From Lama glama (Eukaryota): DNA of 64,000 bases. Below the pieces are notes generated by a model. The model saw only the letters and a list, made by a program, of their open reading frames with translations, searched no databases and was not told the DNA's origin. How positions within the stretch are numbered: position 1 is the first letter of the stretch; each line of letters begins with the position of its first letter. The stretch spans positions 74,154,001 through 74,218,000 of the forward strand of contig CM052816.1 in assembly GCA_028534125.1 (NCBI GenBank), written 5' to 3'. This document shows, one piece after another, positions 1-13,179 of the stretch. The position numbers and the translations under genes are program-made.

Positions 1-579
1 TTACAGGAAAGAAGACAGCTGAAATTCTAGCCAGCAGTGTTGAGGGCTTTTGCTGCAAAAGGGGCTGAGCGAGCCTTAGTGAGCCTGATACTGGGCTGCT
101 AACGGCTGACTGCTGTAGGGTATCAGACGAAAGATATGGTGCGCTTCGGGCTTCTGCAGCACCAGAGACAGCCAAGGCTGAGTCCTGGTCAGCAAAGGGA
201 GGTCAGTACAAGAACCCACAGCTAGGGCTGAGTCCCTTCCTCTGATATAACAATAACCCAGTAAGCCCTGCCGGTTGCCATCTTGCCAAGTAAAAGGGCT
301 TTGGGAGAAATAGCCCTGATAGGGAAGTACACTTTAAACTAATGGTCTAGGCAAAATAAAGCTGTTTAAACCCAAAGAGATAGAGATACCTTTAACTGAC
401 AAATTTAAAGCTTTCTCCTACCCCACCCTCTCCTACTTTATTTAGCTAGTGAGATAGAAGCTGGAAACCCAGCCTTTACTATATTTATTTTTCTCTCCTC
501 CACTCTTTAGACTTTAAGGACAGAGTCTGTTTTTCAGTTGTGTCTTCCTGCTTTTTAACTCAACTGGGAGTCCCAAATG

Positions 580-850
580 GGAGCTGCACATGTAGTTTTA
601 CATTTTCTAGCAGCCACACTAAAAACTAAAAGGAAACAAGTGAAGTTAACTTTAATAATGTACTTTGTTTAACTCAGTATAACCAAAATATTATTGTTAC
701 AACATGTAATCAATATAAAAATCATTAATGAGCTGTTTCCTTTTTTTTCTACTGAGTCTTTAAAATTTGATGTGTATTTGACACTTACAGTGCAGCTTAC
801 TTTGGACTAGCCCTTCAAGTGTTCAAGAGCCCTGTGTAACTAGGACAGCC
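580..850. mobile_element. hAT-Charlie MITE remnant (MER3/MER33-like)
   Basis: Contains 'ttttctagcagccacactaaaaa...aaacaagtgaagttaactttaataatg' and 'ttggactagcccttcaagtgttcaagagcc', recalled as MER3/MER33 motifs; boundaries approximate. Confidence 0.55.
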
Positions 851-2638
851 TAGGCCTAACACAATCCCTGTCACAGAGTAGGAAGTAAATGCTCATTCAA
901 TGAATGAATTTATAATACTAAATGTTATTATTACATCTTCCTGATGCTTAAGAAAGTCTGTTCCTTTCAAAGTAGGGTAGAATAATAAATTATACTTTCC
1001 CTTTGATGTATAGCATCTATGGTGCTTTACTAATAACTACTTGGCATTAAATTTAGAAACAATATAATAAAACATATATATTAACATGGTTTAAAAATGC
1101 ACATTCAAGTATGACATGCTTGTATCAAATGGCAGCTCAAAAAAAAAAAAACCTTTCAGTCCTGTCCAAAATAAATATATGTATACTTTGTCCTTGATTG
1201 CATGGACTATAGCTAATATTTGTGTAGCCTGGGATAATCCAACCATTACATTTCACAGAATCTCAGAGGTTTGTTTTTTAAAATTCAGTTGAGATGTTCT
1301 ATATTCAATTACTAACCCATTTAGTTGTCAGTTGCTTGACTTCCCAATAATCAATAACAATGCTCTCTTTACTTAATTGGAGATTAATTTGGTCAAAAAG
1401 ACAGTCTGTGCCTTGTGGAAATTTCCTGTTGTGCAAGATGATCATCCTCAGTGCTATCTGGCTAGTCATTTCCTGTTGTGAACCCCTGGAGTTGGAACTA
1501 TTGCTATCCCTTTCCAAGGACAAAGCTGTACCTTCTTTCTCATGTTTGTCCTTACTGCCTTTCAATGCATTCTAATATGCCAAGAATGTTTACCCACCCC
1601 GCTCCCAGAAAATTACAGTTGATCACAATCAAGTGTGTCTCTCCCTTTCTCTTTATCACCTAGTTTATGAAGGTATAAATCACATTGATTCTGGAACAGA
1701 ATGAATGTCATGAGCAATGTTGTGGAATGATAACTATTACTGAGTGGTCCTCTTCCCCAAGTAACTTATGCCACCACTTCACAGTGATTCCATTGCCAGT
1801 ATATTTTGCCACTTTCCTGCTGAGAATGTCTCTTACAAGGTTAGTATCTGTGGTGGATAATAAATTTCACACAACCTTAGTTGTGTGATGCACAGAATCA
1901 TCAACCAGCCCTTATCAACAGCATTCCTGGGTCATAATGAAACTGAGCTGGGAAGAGTTACAAACAATGCTCAGCATCTCATGGTCCCTCTCCAAAGCTA
2001 AATTTTACAATTTCCCTATCAGAGCAGATGAGGCAGAGTCTAATTTAAGGCCTTAAGCGTGTGAGTGATTTCCTCGAGCTTGAATTGCTCTTCTCTATTT
2101 TCTGGGGGAACTAGGCAGTGCTTATCCTGTGGACTTGCTATACTGAGAATTACGGGCCCCTTTCTTCTTTCAACAGCCTTTTATTTGGCAGCGACACACA
2201 TCAAGCTCAGAAGATACACTGGGGAATGGGCTAGATGGAGCTCCTTCCCTCAAAGTGTATGTGCTGACAAAAATCCTAGAATCTGGACCAACTTCCTGCT
2301 TAGGCAAGACCCCTTACCCTCCTCACTGGTGTCTAACCCCAAACCATCATGCTTTAGGTTTAGTTAGTAAGAATTGTCCCAATAATAATCTCTTAAAAAG
2401 TCAAAGTAGTTTTGTATAGAGGTGACAGTACTCAGTATTTGCAAATCTGGTATTTAGAATATTTACAAATTTACAAATTCTTGGTGACGTATTCTGCTCC
2501 AACTTGTAATGCACGCGCACTGGCTGCTCTGAGAAACTAGAAAACGTTAAGATTGAATTTAAATCAAGTATTTCATAAATCTTACAGGTGAATCCTAGCT
2601 CTGGTTGCTCGGCAACCAGACGGACTCTCCAGCGGGGA

Positions 2639-3060
2639 CCAATTTGCCTCCCACTCTTGACCACCTCTCCCCAGTGGTGGGACGCGGAGGCCTCATTGGC
2701 TCGCATCCCCTCTCACTGGGCTCCGATTGGCCGGAGAACCTCTCACTCCGCTCTCGTTCGCTCTCGCCGTCTCTTGCCGCTGTGTCATTGGTAGGCCGGC
2801 TCTCGGGCCACCGCACGTCACTCTCTCACCCCACTACCTCGGCCCTCCGATTTTGTCCCCGCCCCTCCTCCCGCCCTTCCAGCCACGAGGGAAAACTCCA
2901 GCGAGTGCCCGCCTCTAGTTTCTCTCGGACTGGTGGAAGTTGGACTGGGGGACGGGCACTAACGGGCTACTCTGCCGGCTGCGATTGGCTGCTGGAGCCA
3001 CTGTCCCGCCTCCCACCGGCTCCCGGCTGTGCCGGTGTCGGGTGGGTCAGCGGCTATAAA
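2639..3060 (+). promoter_or_regulatory. HMGCS1: Sterol-regulated HMGCS1 promoter (SREBP/NF-Y/Sp1/CRE, TATA)
   Basis: SRE-like GCCACCGCAC 2807-2816 and SRE CTCACCCCAC 2825-2834; CRE-like CACGTCA 2814-2820; CCAAT 2639-2643; inverted CCAAT (ATTGG) at 2695, 2726, 2787, 2984; GC box CCCCGCCCC 2857-2865; TATAAA 3055-3060. Confidence 0.88.
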
Positions 3061-3087
3061 GCTGGTGGCTGAGGGGAGGCGCCGCGT

Positions 3088-3141
3088 ACTGCTCCTTCGT
3101 TGGTCGTTCCCTCTCAGTGGCTACCGCCCGGTCATATTTGG
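3088..3141 (+). other. HMGCS1: HMGCS1 non-coding exon 1 (TSS approximate)
   Basis: Starts ~30 nt after TATAAA; ends at strong donor TGG|GTAAGT (GT 3142-3143); resembles recalled human exon 1. Confidence 0.8.
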
Positions 3142-6100
3142 GTAAGTGCCCCGCGTGGAGGAGGAGACCTGGGCTGCTGAGGCCGGGTGAGGGCCGGGCG
3201 GAGCCGGTGTCCTTGACTAGGCCCGAAGGAGCACCGGCTCCGTCCGGGTTAGGGCTGAGGCGTGGACCTGGCCCGGGAGGATGGGGCGCCGTGAGCTGTT
3301 GTACTTCGGGGCCTCCCCTGCCAGGACCTGAGGACGACTGCCGCGGGTCTGAGGGGGGGCCGGGGCCACTGGTGTGGGCAGGCAAGTCGCAGACAGGAGA
3401 AGGCAAGAGGGCGTTGAGGGGTGGGGTTCTGATGACATAGTCAGCAGGAGCTGGAGGTGCCAGGGGAGTGGCTGTGACCACCTCGAGAGGATGGGGGCAG
3501 GGGGCACATGAAGGGGACGAGAAAGGAGCTGGGCTGCCAGGACGTTCCCGGAGCCTTGGCGTGAGGGTGGACACTGAAGAATGGAGATCACACTTAGATG
3601 GAGGTTAGTAGGTTGGCAAGGGGGTGTGTCCTCCTGCCACACATAGAGTTGCTGGTAGGAAGGGAGGTGGGCAGCATTACTCTTCCTCCCCAGCCCAGGT
3701 GCGAAAGTATTAACAGTATTAACAGCTCCGATTTATCCTGGCTGAGTAGTTGGGCTCTTGACTGCTTGGATCTGTGCTTGCTTCAAATATCACAGGTTCT
3801 TGCCTCCCACCTATCCGCCTCCATATTTTTAATGCTCGTTAAAAAACAAACAAAGAACAAAAAACGGTTCTCTGAAATAATACCCGTCTGTCCTGCTAAC
3901 AGCTTCAGGACCAGGCTGACTTGATACGATGATGTAATGGGCAGGCACTCAGAGGGTCTTCACACACAATAGGTTTTGGGTTAAGCCAAGGACATTTCAA
4001 AGCTAAGTATATGGAGTCTTTGAAAAGTGTGTGTCCTGCCTTGACCAGTGGTAGAGAAAGGATTATTCTGACTCACCCTGGAGGAGAGATTTGGACAACA
4101 GGTAATATGAGGCTGTCCCTGTTTGTCATGCTTGCCCCGTGGCCTTGGTTTAGCACATCACAGGCTTCTTTGCACACCTTTGCTGCAGCTCTTCCCACCT
4201 GCTGATGCTCTTGCCAACCTGCTGCAGTAGGATGATGTTTTCTGGCTGCTGCTACGTTAACATTTACTCTGTTTCAGGGATGAATCGTGAAAAACAATGG
4301 CAAGATAAATGACAAAATTAAGACAAATGGAAGTGTTCCTATAGTTAACGGATGTTTCCTTCAGAGGTGGAGTTTGGACTTCTATTGCACAGATTCTGTT
4401 AGAAGGCAAATCGAAAGTCCTTAACGTGTATCTGTGCCACAAGGTTCTTTGCAGCTTGAGACATCTAAGCAGTTTGTGTTCTTTATTTTTAAAATTTCAG
4501 TTGTTGTGTGGATAAGGAAGGCAGGGATAGCGTATCTTATGGGAGAATATAAAGATTGTCTGTTCTGTGGGTCTAACCTTTGTAGGTCTCTCTTTTCTAA
4601 GTGTGTAAATTTGCCCTTTAATCAGTTCTAGTTTAGTCAGTAACCCCAGAAGGTGTCTGCAATGGGGAGAGTTAAGTGGATATTATGTTTGGGGCCATAG
4701 AAGCCCATGTCATCTGTTAGGCTAATTCTGGGCCCTGTTTCTGATTTTGTTTTGTTTTTTTTTCTTAAATATTCCTCCAGGGGCTTTTACACCTTGTTTC
4801 TCTTAACTGTGGGATTGGTTTTGAGATTTTAGGCAGCTTTTCTGCCAGAAAATGCAAGACCCTGATATTGATGTAATGTGTGTTTCCTGGGTACTGCAAC
4901 ATTATTTAAAATAGTAATCCAGTGGAACTGAACGTGGGGAGATATACTGGGGCTGTGGATAGAGGAGCTTGATGGATTGTGTTTCAGAATCTCTATTTAG
5001 TTTCATTTGGAAAGGAATTTAGAGTCCTATAATTTTATGTTGGATTATTAAAAAACCAAATATCATGGAAGGGTGTGATGTTTTTGTTTCTCAAAAAGGT
5101 GGTATAGATTAAAAACATGTTACCCAATCTAATGATGGGGTGGTAGGACTCAATTCTTAATAATCTTTTCATCCTAATGTTTGGCTTGTGGTAATGCTCA
5201 CTTTCTGTCTGTTAACAGGGTAGTAAGATCAGTAGAAGAAAAGCTAATCTTTCAAAGCTCCCAGTCTTGATCTGCAGGGTGTGTGGTTAGGGATGTGTGC
5301 ATGCGGAAATGATTGTAAGACCGACAAGTGTTCTCTTCTGATTCCTCTTGAATTCCTTATGTTTTCAGGGAACAGTGCAAACCTACCATTTGCTTTGAAC
5401 AGCAGCAGTAGAAAGCCAGTTTTTTTCAACTTCTGGACACTATTTGGTGCTGCAGCTCATCTTGAAAGTGATAGCAAAAAGAATTTACTAATGAGAGCTG
5501 TTATGAGTCCTTGAAGCTAAAAGATTTGTCCTCTAATTATTACAACTGCAAATTCAGCACCTTAGAAAATGGCAAATGTGTGCCCTTTACTCCAAGGTCT
5601 TCAAAAGAATCAAAATACTGCCCTTCTCCCAACAGGAGTCTAGGAATCCAGTATGATTAAGAAGACTGCCCATAACTAGTTTTCCATTGTGAGTAGAATG
5701 TGAGACTTTGGTGTTGGTGTGCATGACATGTGCTGTAGGAGTGCAGAGCCCTGATTAGAAAACTCTAGGAAGCCTTCCTGGAAGAGGTAGTTGAGAAGAG
5801 GACCTTGAAATACGAGTAGAATTTCTCATAAGCAGACCAGTAACTCTGGGGGGAGGCAGAGATGTCCGTGTTTCTTACTCAGGGAACTAGACTGGAGTTG
5901 TACAGGAGTGGTAGTTTTGCTTACTCGCTCCTAACAGAAAAGGTTGCCAGCTCACTTTCAGTCAAACAGGATTCCTTGCTTTCTCAGCAGGTAGCTGCTC
6001 TTTTACCCTGTACCAGAATGTATACTGGGTGAACAAGGGAGCCAGGAGGAGGAGTTAGATCACTGAATAGCCCCCTGGAGCAAGTTGGTTGGCCCTAGGT

Positions 6101-7971
6101 GGTAGTCTCATTCTTCAGTTTTGCCAAACTCCAGATGCCTATATTTCAGCTCAGGATCTCCAAACACGCTTCCCGGTAACCTGCCCAGCCTCTCGCGGTC
6201 CATTAGCTGCTTCCTGACCCACGCTTCTTCCCTCCATCACTTGCGCTGAAAAGACCTGCTTTAGAAAAAGCTGACGACCTGCTTGTGACTTTGGCCGTGC
6301 TGTTGTAGTCAGGATAGAGAACCCTCCTTGCAACTGCAGAGGAGAATGGAAAGCCTAATCCCTTTCTGAATGACTCTTCCCCACAGCAGCGTTTATTGTC
6401 TCCGCTTCCTTTCCTGGACTCCAGGCCTCTCTTTCTCCTGAGAGTTTAAGTAGCATGGCAGTCCTCTGAATCTTCCTTTTACTTCATGTCTTTCTTTGCT
6501 TTCTTTTGTTCCCACTCTCTTTCTCCCTCCCCGCCAATCCCTCTCTCCCTCCCCCTCTCCCCATGCCTTTTCCCCTCCCCAGTTTAAATAATCAAAATTG
6601 AAAGAGGGAATATTGACAGTTCAGAAGACATTTCCTGGATGAAATAGTGTCAAATGCATATCCACACATGGTTTCAAGAAGAAATATTACTAAGTTATTT
6701 AGATAGTCTCAACATTTAAGAGAAGAGGGAATTAGGTTTCTCCCCCACTAGTGAGATTTGGTCCCCATGATATGCTTAATTTGCAGATTACAGAAAACAT
6801 AATTTAAGACAATAAAGAACAAAAAATAAAATGGTTATTTTCTCAAAGTGTATATATCATCCTGTAATCAAAGAGGGTTTTTGGAATATAAGAGTCTTAT
6901 CTTCCCCTGTAAAACTCAGGATCAATTTATGGAGGTCGGGAGAGTAAACTTATGAAGTAACAGGAACTAAGTCTATAAACTCTTAAATGATCTAAGCGTA
7001 TAAAAGATGTAAAGCTTTGCTAAACAGCATCTGAGAAAAGTCTCCAGTTAATCAGGCAAGGGCAGATGCTATATTTGCCACCAATTAGAGAGCAAAGGTA
7101 ATTGTGTTTGTTAAACAGGAACTATTGTCTCAAGTAACAACCCTTCAAAACAGATGGGCTGAGGGAAATGCTCCAAAGTCATCTTCCCATATCATTTACA
7201 CATACTTAAAATGATGATAAAGCTTAATGCTGCTTGGCCTTGATATCAAGTATTTACCTTTTTATACAAACACTATAAGAGATTGGGGCAGGTGAAAGTG
7301 ACTATGTTGAAAACGAGCATAAAATTAAAAAATGAAGATAATCGGGTCTTGTGAGAAAGATAACATATTTTCCTTGAAAAACACTAAGAACTAGAATAAC
7401 AGTCTGTATTGGTGCTTTATATCACAAAGCATTATTCACATATTTTATCTCCTTAACTGTCCTTCACAATGAGCCAGGAGGGCAGGTATTAGCTCCATTT
7501 TACAGATGAAGAAATTGAAGCTCAAAGAGGCACAAATTGTTGTTAAAGCCACCAGCTCCTAAGTGCAGAGCAAGCTCTTGAATGTGTAAGTCTCTTAACT
7601 CCAGAAATTTTGTTAGCCCAGTATAACTTATTTATATTCCTTTCCTCCAGTTCTTGAAAACCCCGATTTAGTGGGGGGTGGAATACTACCACTCTCCCAG
7701 TATCATACCTGGTTTAAAACCTACATCAGTGATAGGAACTACTTATGTCAGTTCATTACCAGGACTGAACCTACCACTGTAAGAGCTTAATGAAATAAAG
7801 GGGGAAAAGTTTTATAAGCTTCAAATACCATTTTTTCTAAGCAAAGCCAAATTTTGTTCTACATAATGTAATTGGACAAGGAAGTGTTTACTTTAACTCA
7901 TTTGAATTGGAGTCATTATTTGAATTTGGTGGTTTATGACTTTAAAAGAGGTTCTTATTTGAAATTCCTAG

Positions 7972-8032
7972 TGCCTGAAGGAGGAAACAGAGTGACAGAC
8001 CTGGAGACTGCAGCTCTTTATCCCTCTCACAG
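7972..8032 (+). other. HMGCS1: HMGCS1 optional 5'UTR exon 2 (61 nt)
   Basis: CTAG|TGCCTGAAGGAGGAAACAGAGTGACAGACCTGGAGACTGCAG...TCACAG|GTATGG; matches the recalled human 59-nt optional exon plus a 2-nt AG insertion; no ATG. Confidence 0.85.
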
Positions 8033-10411
8033 GTATGGCATCCTGTCATGCTGCTGAAAGAAAGCGTTCCTTTCCAGTGGATGGGAAATTTAATTTTTAT
8101 CCTAGGGCAAATAGCCATTTGTGTGCGCCACACATTCTTAAAACCCATTATAGGATTATGCCTTATCTTTAAATATTAGTTACTGCCATAATGCTTCAGG
8201 AGACTAATTTTGTGTTTATTAGACTAATGTTTAAAATCTAGAAACTAATATTAACAATTAGTGTTTGCTCATAAAAGAAAAAATTTAGATAATAAAATGT
8301 AACCGTATAAACTGCTTAATCGGAAACAGTAACAGATAAGCCTATCTGCCAATAGTGCTTTTTGAATTATAGCTTCAAAAGATATCCATCTGGGCTATGG
8401 ATTAATGTTTACAATTGTGTAAGATTGGACAGTGGTTACAAATGATTTTGAACCAATAATTTGGTTGCTGTTGCTTTCTCCTATTACCATGGAGCTCCTC
8501 TTATGATTCTGCTTTTTTATGCTTCAATTTTATGATTTCCTGTAGTTGTTACTGATTTTAGATTAGAAGAATAGTAGGATTTCATTTATTCAACATTTAG
8601 CTTCTACCATGTGCCAAGTACTGTGTTGGCTTCCATGTTATCTTGCTTTGCCGACTCTGGAAATAGGACCTGGTGCTCCTTTTGTCCACCAGAGGGGGTC
8701 AGCCTTCACTTTAGGAGAACAGACATGCGTCTTCTGTTGGTACTTGTTGGAAGATAGCTTTCGAAGGTTCAGAGTACTGCGGTAAAAGTGTACCTTTCTT
8801 CTTCATTGTAAAGATGAAATTTAAAAAGAAAATTTACGTCTTTTTATTGTAAATACAGAATTCCCAGTATCCTGCTCAAATTTTTTTTTAAATTGTCAAT
8901 ACAGTGCTCTGAAAAATCATGAAGTATCTTTTTATCAGCAAAAGATTAAAAATATACACAGGTAATTTTCTAAACTGTCAGATTTTTGAACTGTATTCTA
9001 TTTAGAAATTTTTTGTGATCTAATTTAGAATAGTGAATTAACTGGAATATAATACTATAATGTGAACATTTCAGATCTTTAGCTTGCCTTTTTTTTCTTT
9101 TTCTAATTTATATCTGGCTTGCTTCATTCAGAGAGCATCTGAGAGGACAACATAAGAGCACACACTTAATAGGACAGTTAAAAATAAATATTGTAGATCT
9201 CAAACTATATCAAACTTTTTGTTGTTTGAAATACTATGGAGGCAATTACTTCTCTGTATTAATTTTCCTCTCTTCCTACTTTTCTCACTCTCCCTCAATT
9301 TCAACTAAAAGGTAAATATGTCAAATTAGATGATGTTTTACCAAGAGTGTAATAAAAATACCTTGTCTGTCAAAAACCCTCAGGGAATGAGCAGTATTGA
9401 CAGAGTTCGTCAATGTAAAATTTTTTTCCACACCAAGATCAGAATCATGATTCACTTTCAACTTGATAGGGGTGGGCTATTTAGTTTAGCTACGTTCCCC
9501 TGCCCCCCCATTTTCTCTCCAAGAGTGTTAAAACAACAGAGTTATACCTTATTTAGTGAGTATAATAATAATAAGAACTGGTCAGAGCTAGTTAGATTCT
9601 GCTAAATATGGATTAATTCTGAAATTAAAGCCTTGCTTCATGGCTTTTCATAAACTGGATTTCTACCTTCAGAAGATATGTATTTGTCCATTTTATTTCC
9701 AACAGCATAGCAAGCTGTTGGACCAGGCAGGGAAAATTAGTGTCCTCGACATGTTTAGAGCAATTTGAAGATTTGGAAAGAATATAAAGGGTAACCTTGT
9801 GGGAATGGCTGGGAGTTGGTTAATCCTACCATCTCTGCTTTGGTGATTTAAAGGCTGTCTATGGGAGGGGTTCTTACAAGCATATGGACAGGTTTTTGTT
9901 TTTAACACTAGTTGTAGAGTTCTTTTCTGTGGACTGTGGAGAGGACTTCATTTAATTTTTCTATATACTTAGAAGCTGCCTAGCAACAGTCGCTTTATGT
10001 CTTCATTTCAACTTCAGTGAAGCAAAGTTTAGATTATCATAAAGTTGATGGGTTTGCATAGAAGAGGGGAAAGAGAACAAAGTACAGAAGTGCTTCTCTA
10101 TTCACTTAGTGTATCTGACAGTGAGTCTGTTGAGTAATAATACAGTGGAGGCTAGAAATCTGGGAGTCATCTGAAACGCTTCATTTTATTCCTACCATCA
10201 CAATTTCTGCCAATTTTCTGCTTCCATATGTTTTTCAAGCTGTTTCTTTACTCTTCATGTAGTAATTGCTCTAGTTTATGACCTGTGTCTCATTGGACTT
10301 CTGTATCAGCTTCCTAACTCAGATCCATTCTCTACACAGCACCAGTGACTGTATAAAATGATGACTCTCACCCTTTTCTGACTGTAACCCTCAGTAAGAA
10401 ATTCACTTTAT

Positions 10412-10561
10412 GGGGGAGGGTATGGCTCAACCAGTAGAGTGCATGCTTCGCATGCACAAGGTCCTAGGTTCAATCCCCAATACCTCCTCTAAAAATAAAT
10501 AAATAAATAACCCTAATTAACTACTGCCACCAAAATATATATATATATATTTAAAAAAAAG
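10412..10561 (+). mobile_element. tRNA-Ala-derived SINE (camelid Vic-1-like)
   Basis: GGGGGAGGGTATGGCTCAA...GGTTCAATCCCC (A/B boxes), A-rich tail; 15-bp TSD agaaat[t/c]cactttat at 10397-10411 and 10562-10576. Confidence 0.85.
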
Positions 10562-11429
10562 AGAAATCCACTTTATATTGCAACCCAGGACATTTGTGAA
10601 TAATTGAAACAAAATTTTCATGAAAAAATTCTTATTATATTTACCATGTGCCATGCAATCTGGTATTTTCTTTTCTATTTCATTTTTGAAAGATATTGTT
10701 TGCCAGCCATTAAATTGATTCCAGAGTTGGAAAAACACTGATCTGAACACTAATATGACCATGTTATTGTTTAAAACTCTTTGGTGGCTTCTTACTGTTT
10801 TCATGATGAAGTTAAAGCTAGCATCAGCATATCAGAACCTTTGTGACCCGACCCTTAGCTAGTTCTCCTGACCTACTGCTTACCTGATCTACTCACTGGG
10901 CTCACATTTCACTTCAGCAAATTAGTATAACTTTTCACAGTTCCTTGTGGTGTGCCTTTGTGCTGTCTGTCCTGTGAAATCTTCTACCACCATCTGCTTA
11001 TGCAGAGCTTTACTGATTTCTCCTACTCATTCCTAAGATGCAGGTCAGGCATCAGTAACCAAGAAGCCTTTCTTCCCGCTCCTTCCCCTGTCTGGGTTAG
11101 GTGGTTCTCCGTAACAGAGCGTGACTGTCTCTGTTGTTTCACTTTTATTATTATGTGTTTGTAGCTTACCATCCCACAGGACAGGGAATATTTGAAAGGG
11201 CAAGGATTATCTCCTATTAAACGTATCCCAAATGTTTGGCATGTAACATGTCATTGTTTGGATAAATGAAAGAAATATGAGTGAGAATCTTGTATGTAGA
11301 ATGAAGATTCAACTGGTATCTTTTAAGACCTTTAATGTAGATTTTGTGATTATTTCTAGGCGCTTTTTCAGGTTTTAATATACTCATATCTTGATTACCT
11401 ATAGGCTAAGGGGAGATTTTATGGTTTAA

Positions 11430-11820
11430 GGACAGCTTCTCTGCCTTAGATATTTTTCTCAAGATACCAATAATTAACAAGTCACTATGGCAATCATCTG
11501 TAATTTCATTATACCTAATACAACACCAGAGTTTGCAGAGGGGCAGAGGACAAACAACGTAATACAGGGTTTGCCTTTCGTCAGTGGCAGTAGCAGTGGG
11601 AGCGAGGGGCTCAGGCTCAGGCTCTGGCTCAGCAGCGGAGGTGCTGGTACTAGGGGCTCCAAAGGCCTCAGTTGAGAGTGTGAGCCCATGGTATCTGAGT
11701 AACCACCTTACCCCTTTGTGCTCCTCTAGCCTGTCTGACAAGTTTATAACCACTTCCCTGTGTTAAATTCTCCTCTTTTAGAAGTATCTAGAGTAGTTTC
11801 TTTTTTTCTGATTAATATAA
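11430..11820 (+). mobile_element. Old ERVL solo LTR (LTR33/41-like) with short (GGCTCA)n run
   Basis: 3' end 'ataaccacttccctgtgttaaattctcctc...tctagagtagtttc' resembles recalled ERVL LTR termini. Confidence 0.45.
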
Positions 11821-11977
11821 CCTCAAAAGGCTCTGATAGGTTATGTGACTTGCCCATAGGCACGTAGCAACAGCCTTGAGTGGTTAGCATGAGTGGCTAG
11901 CATGTATTTTTTACTGTTGGTAAATGAATCTAGACACTACTGAAAATTTAAAGTTTGGCAACAGTCCAGCTTTTTTA

Positions 11978-12320
11978 GTGCTTTACTCATATGTGGAATC
12001 TAAAAAAAAAGAAGTCAAATGAACTTAAATATTAAACAGAAACAGACTTATAGACATAGAATACAAACTTGTGGTTGCTGGGGGGGGCGGGGGTGGGAAG
12101 GGACAGACTGGAAATATGAAATTGGTAGATACTGACAGGTATATATAGACTAGATAAACAAGTTTATACTGTATAGCACAGGGAAATATATACAAGGTCT
12201 TGTGGTAGCTCACAGTGAAAATGAATATATATATATATTCATGTATGACTGAAAAATTGTGCTCTGCACTGGAAATTGACACAACATTGTAAACTGACTA
12301 TAACTCAATTAAAAAAAAAA
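11978..12320 (+). mobile_element. L1 3'UTR fragment with poly(A)
   Basis: 'actcatatgtggaatctaaaa...tactgtatagcacaggg...aacattgtaaactgactataactcaattaaaa', a typical laurasiatherian L1 3' end. Confidence 0.8.
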
Positions 12321-13179
12321 GGAATAGGTGGTTTTAAGAGGTGTTATCTAAGATGCCACACAAATAGTATGTGGCTTACCTGTTTTCAAATCAGCTCAGA
12401 TTTAGGAGCTAAGTGATGATACCTTGTGGCTTTATAATCATTTATTACCTATACAATAGCTATAGGAAGTATAGAATATTGGCATTTGACCCAAGGTGGG
12501 TCTGGGAATTTGTTGTCTTTTCTTAAAATTTTAATCATTTGGGTTCTGGGTTGGGGGTTCTTTGGAAGGGTAGGATTATAATAGCAGGAGTCTTGTATAG
12601 ATTGGCTTGATAAACTCCTGTAGTATGGTTTTCCTACTTACTGGGATTGTTAGGTCAATGAAGAATGCAATATTGTTTGAGCTAACAGTCTTAGAGTCCC
12701 ATAAAGTCAGTAGCTGTGCATAGTCAATATACCTGTGGTGAATGAATGACTGACTTATTTAAACTTTTTGAGCATCCAGGAATAGATCAAGTACTTGAAT
12801 TTTGATTTGTGGGCCATATTACTATATTGTCATTGTATTTTATCTTACAGTTCTTTACAACATATAAGAATCTTAACTGAATTTTCTTTACCTCTAATAA
12901 TCATATTTTAAGTCTAAAGATTACTGGTTTTGGATGAAGTTCAAGCCTTTCTAAAAGATAATTTTAAATAATAGTAGTCCATTCATACTATAATTGCTAC
13001 TTCCACATATTAAAATTGACTGCCCTAAGTAAAATATGTTAAACTTAGAAATTAAACTAATATTTCAGGTGATAATTGAACTCTCAGTGATGATTTTTCA
13101 AGTTTGAACTTGACAATCTGTAACCTATAACCTAAAACAATGTTTTTTTTCCTGTTTTTCTTTCTAAAGTTCTTTCATC

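Larger units (their letters stand above)
2600..3560. promoter_or_regulatory. HMGCS1: CpG island spanning the HMGCS1 promoter, exon 1 and start of intron 1
   Basis: Abrupt GC- and CpG-rich block within AT-rich flanks, containing the TATA box and first donor site. Confidence 0.9.

Noticed and set aside
1305..1888. ORFs upstream of HMGCS1
   Set aside because: No recognisable homology or splice structure; may be a decayed transposon but I cannot support a call.
2588..3924. Long ORFs on both strands around the promoter
   Set aside because: Stop-poor GC-rich CpG island, mostly non-ATG starts, no recognisable domains.
10412..10490. tRNA-Ala gene (also 63156-63232)
   Set aside because: tRNA-like head is followed by an A-rich tail and flanked by TSDs, so it is a SINE.
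11406..11753. ORF with EPEPEPEP repeat
   Set aside because: Produced by a (GGCTCA)n run in an old LTR remnant.
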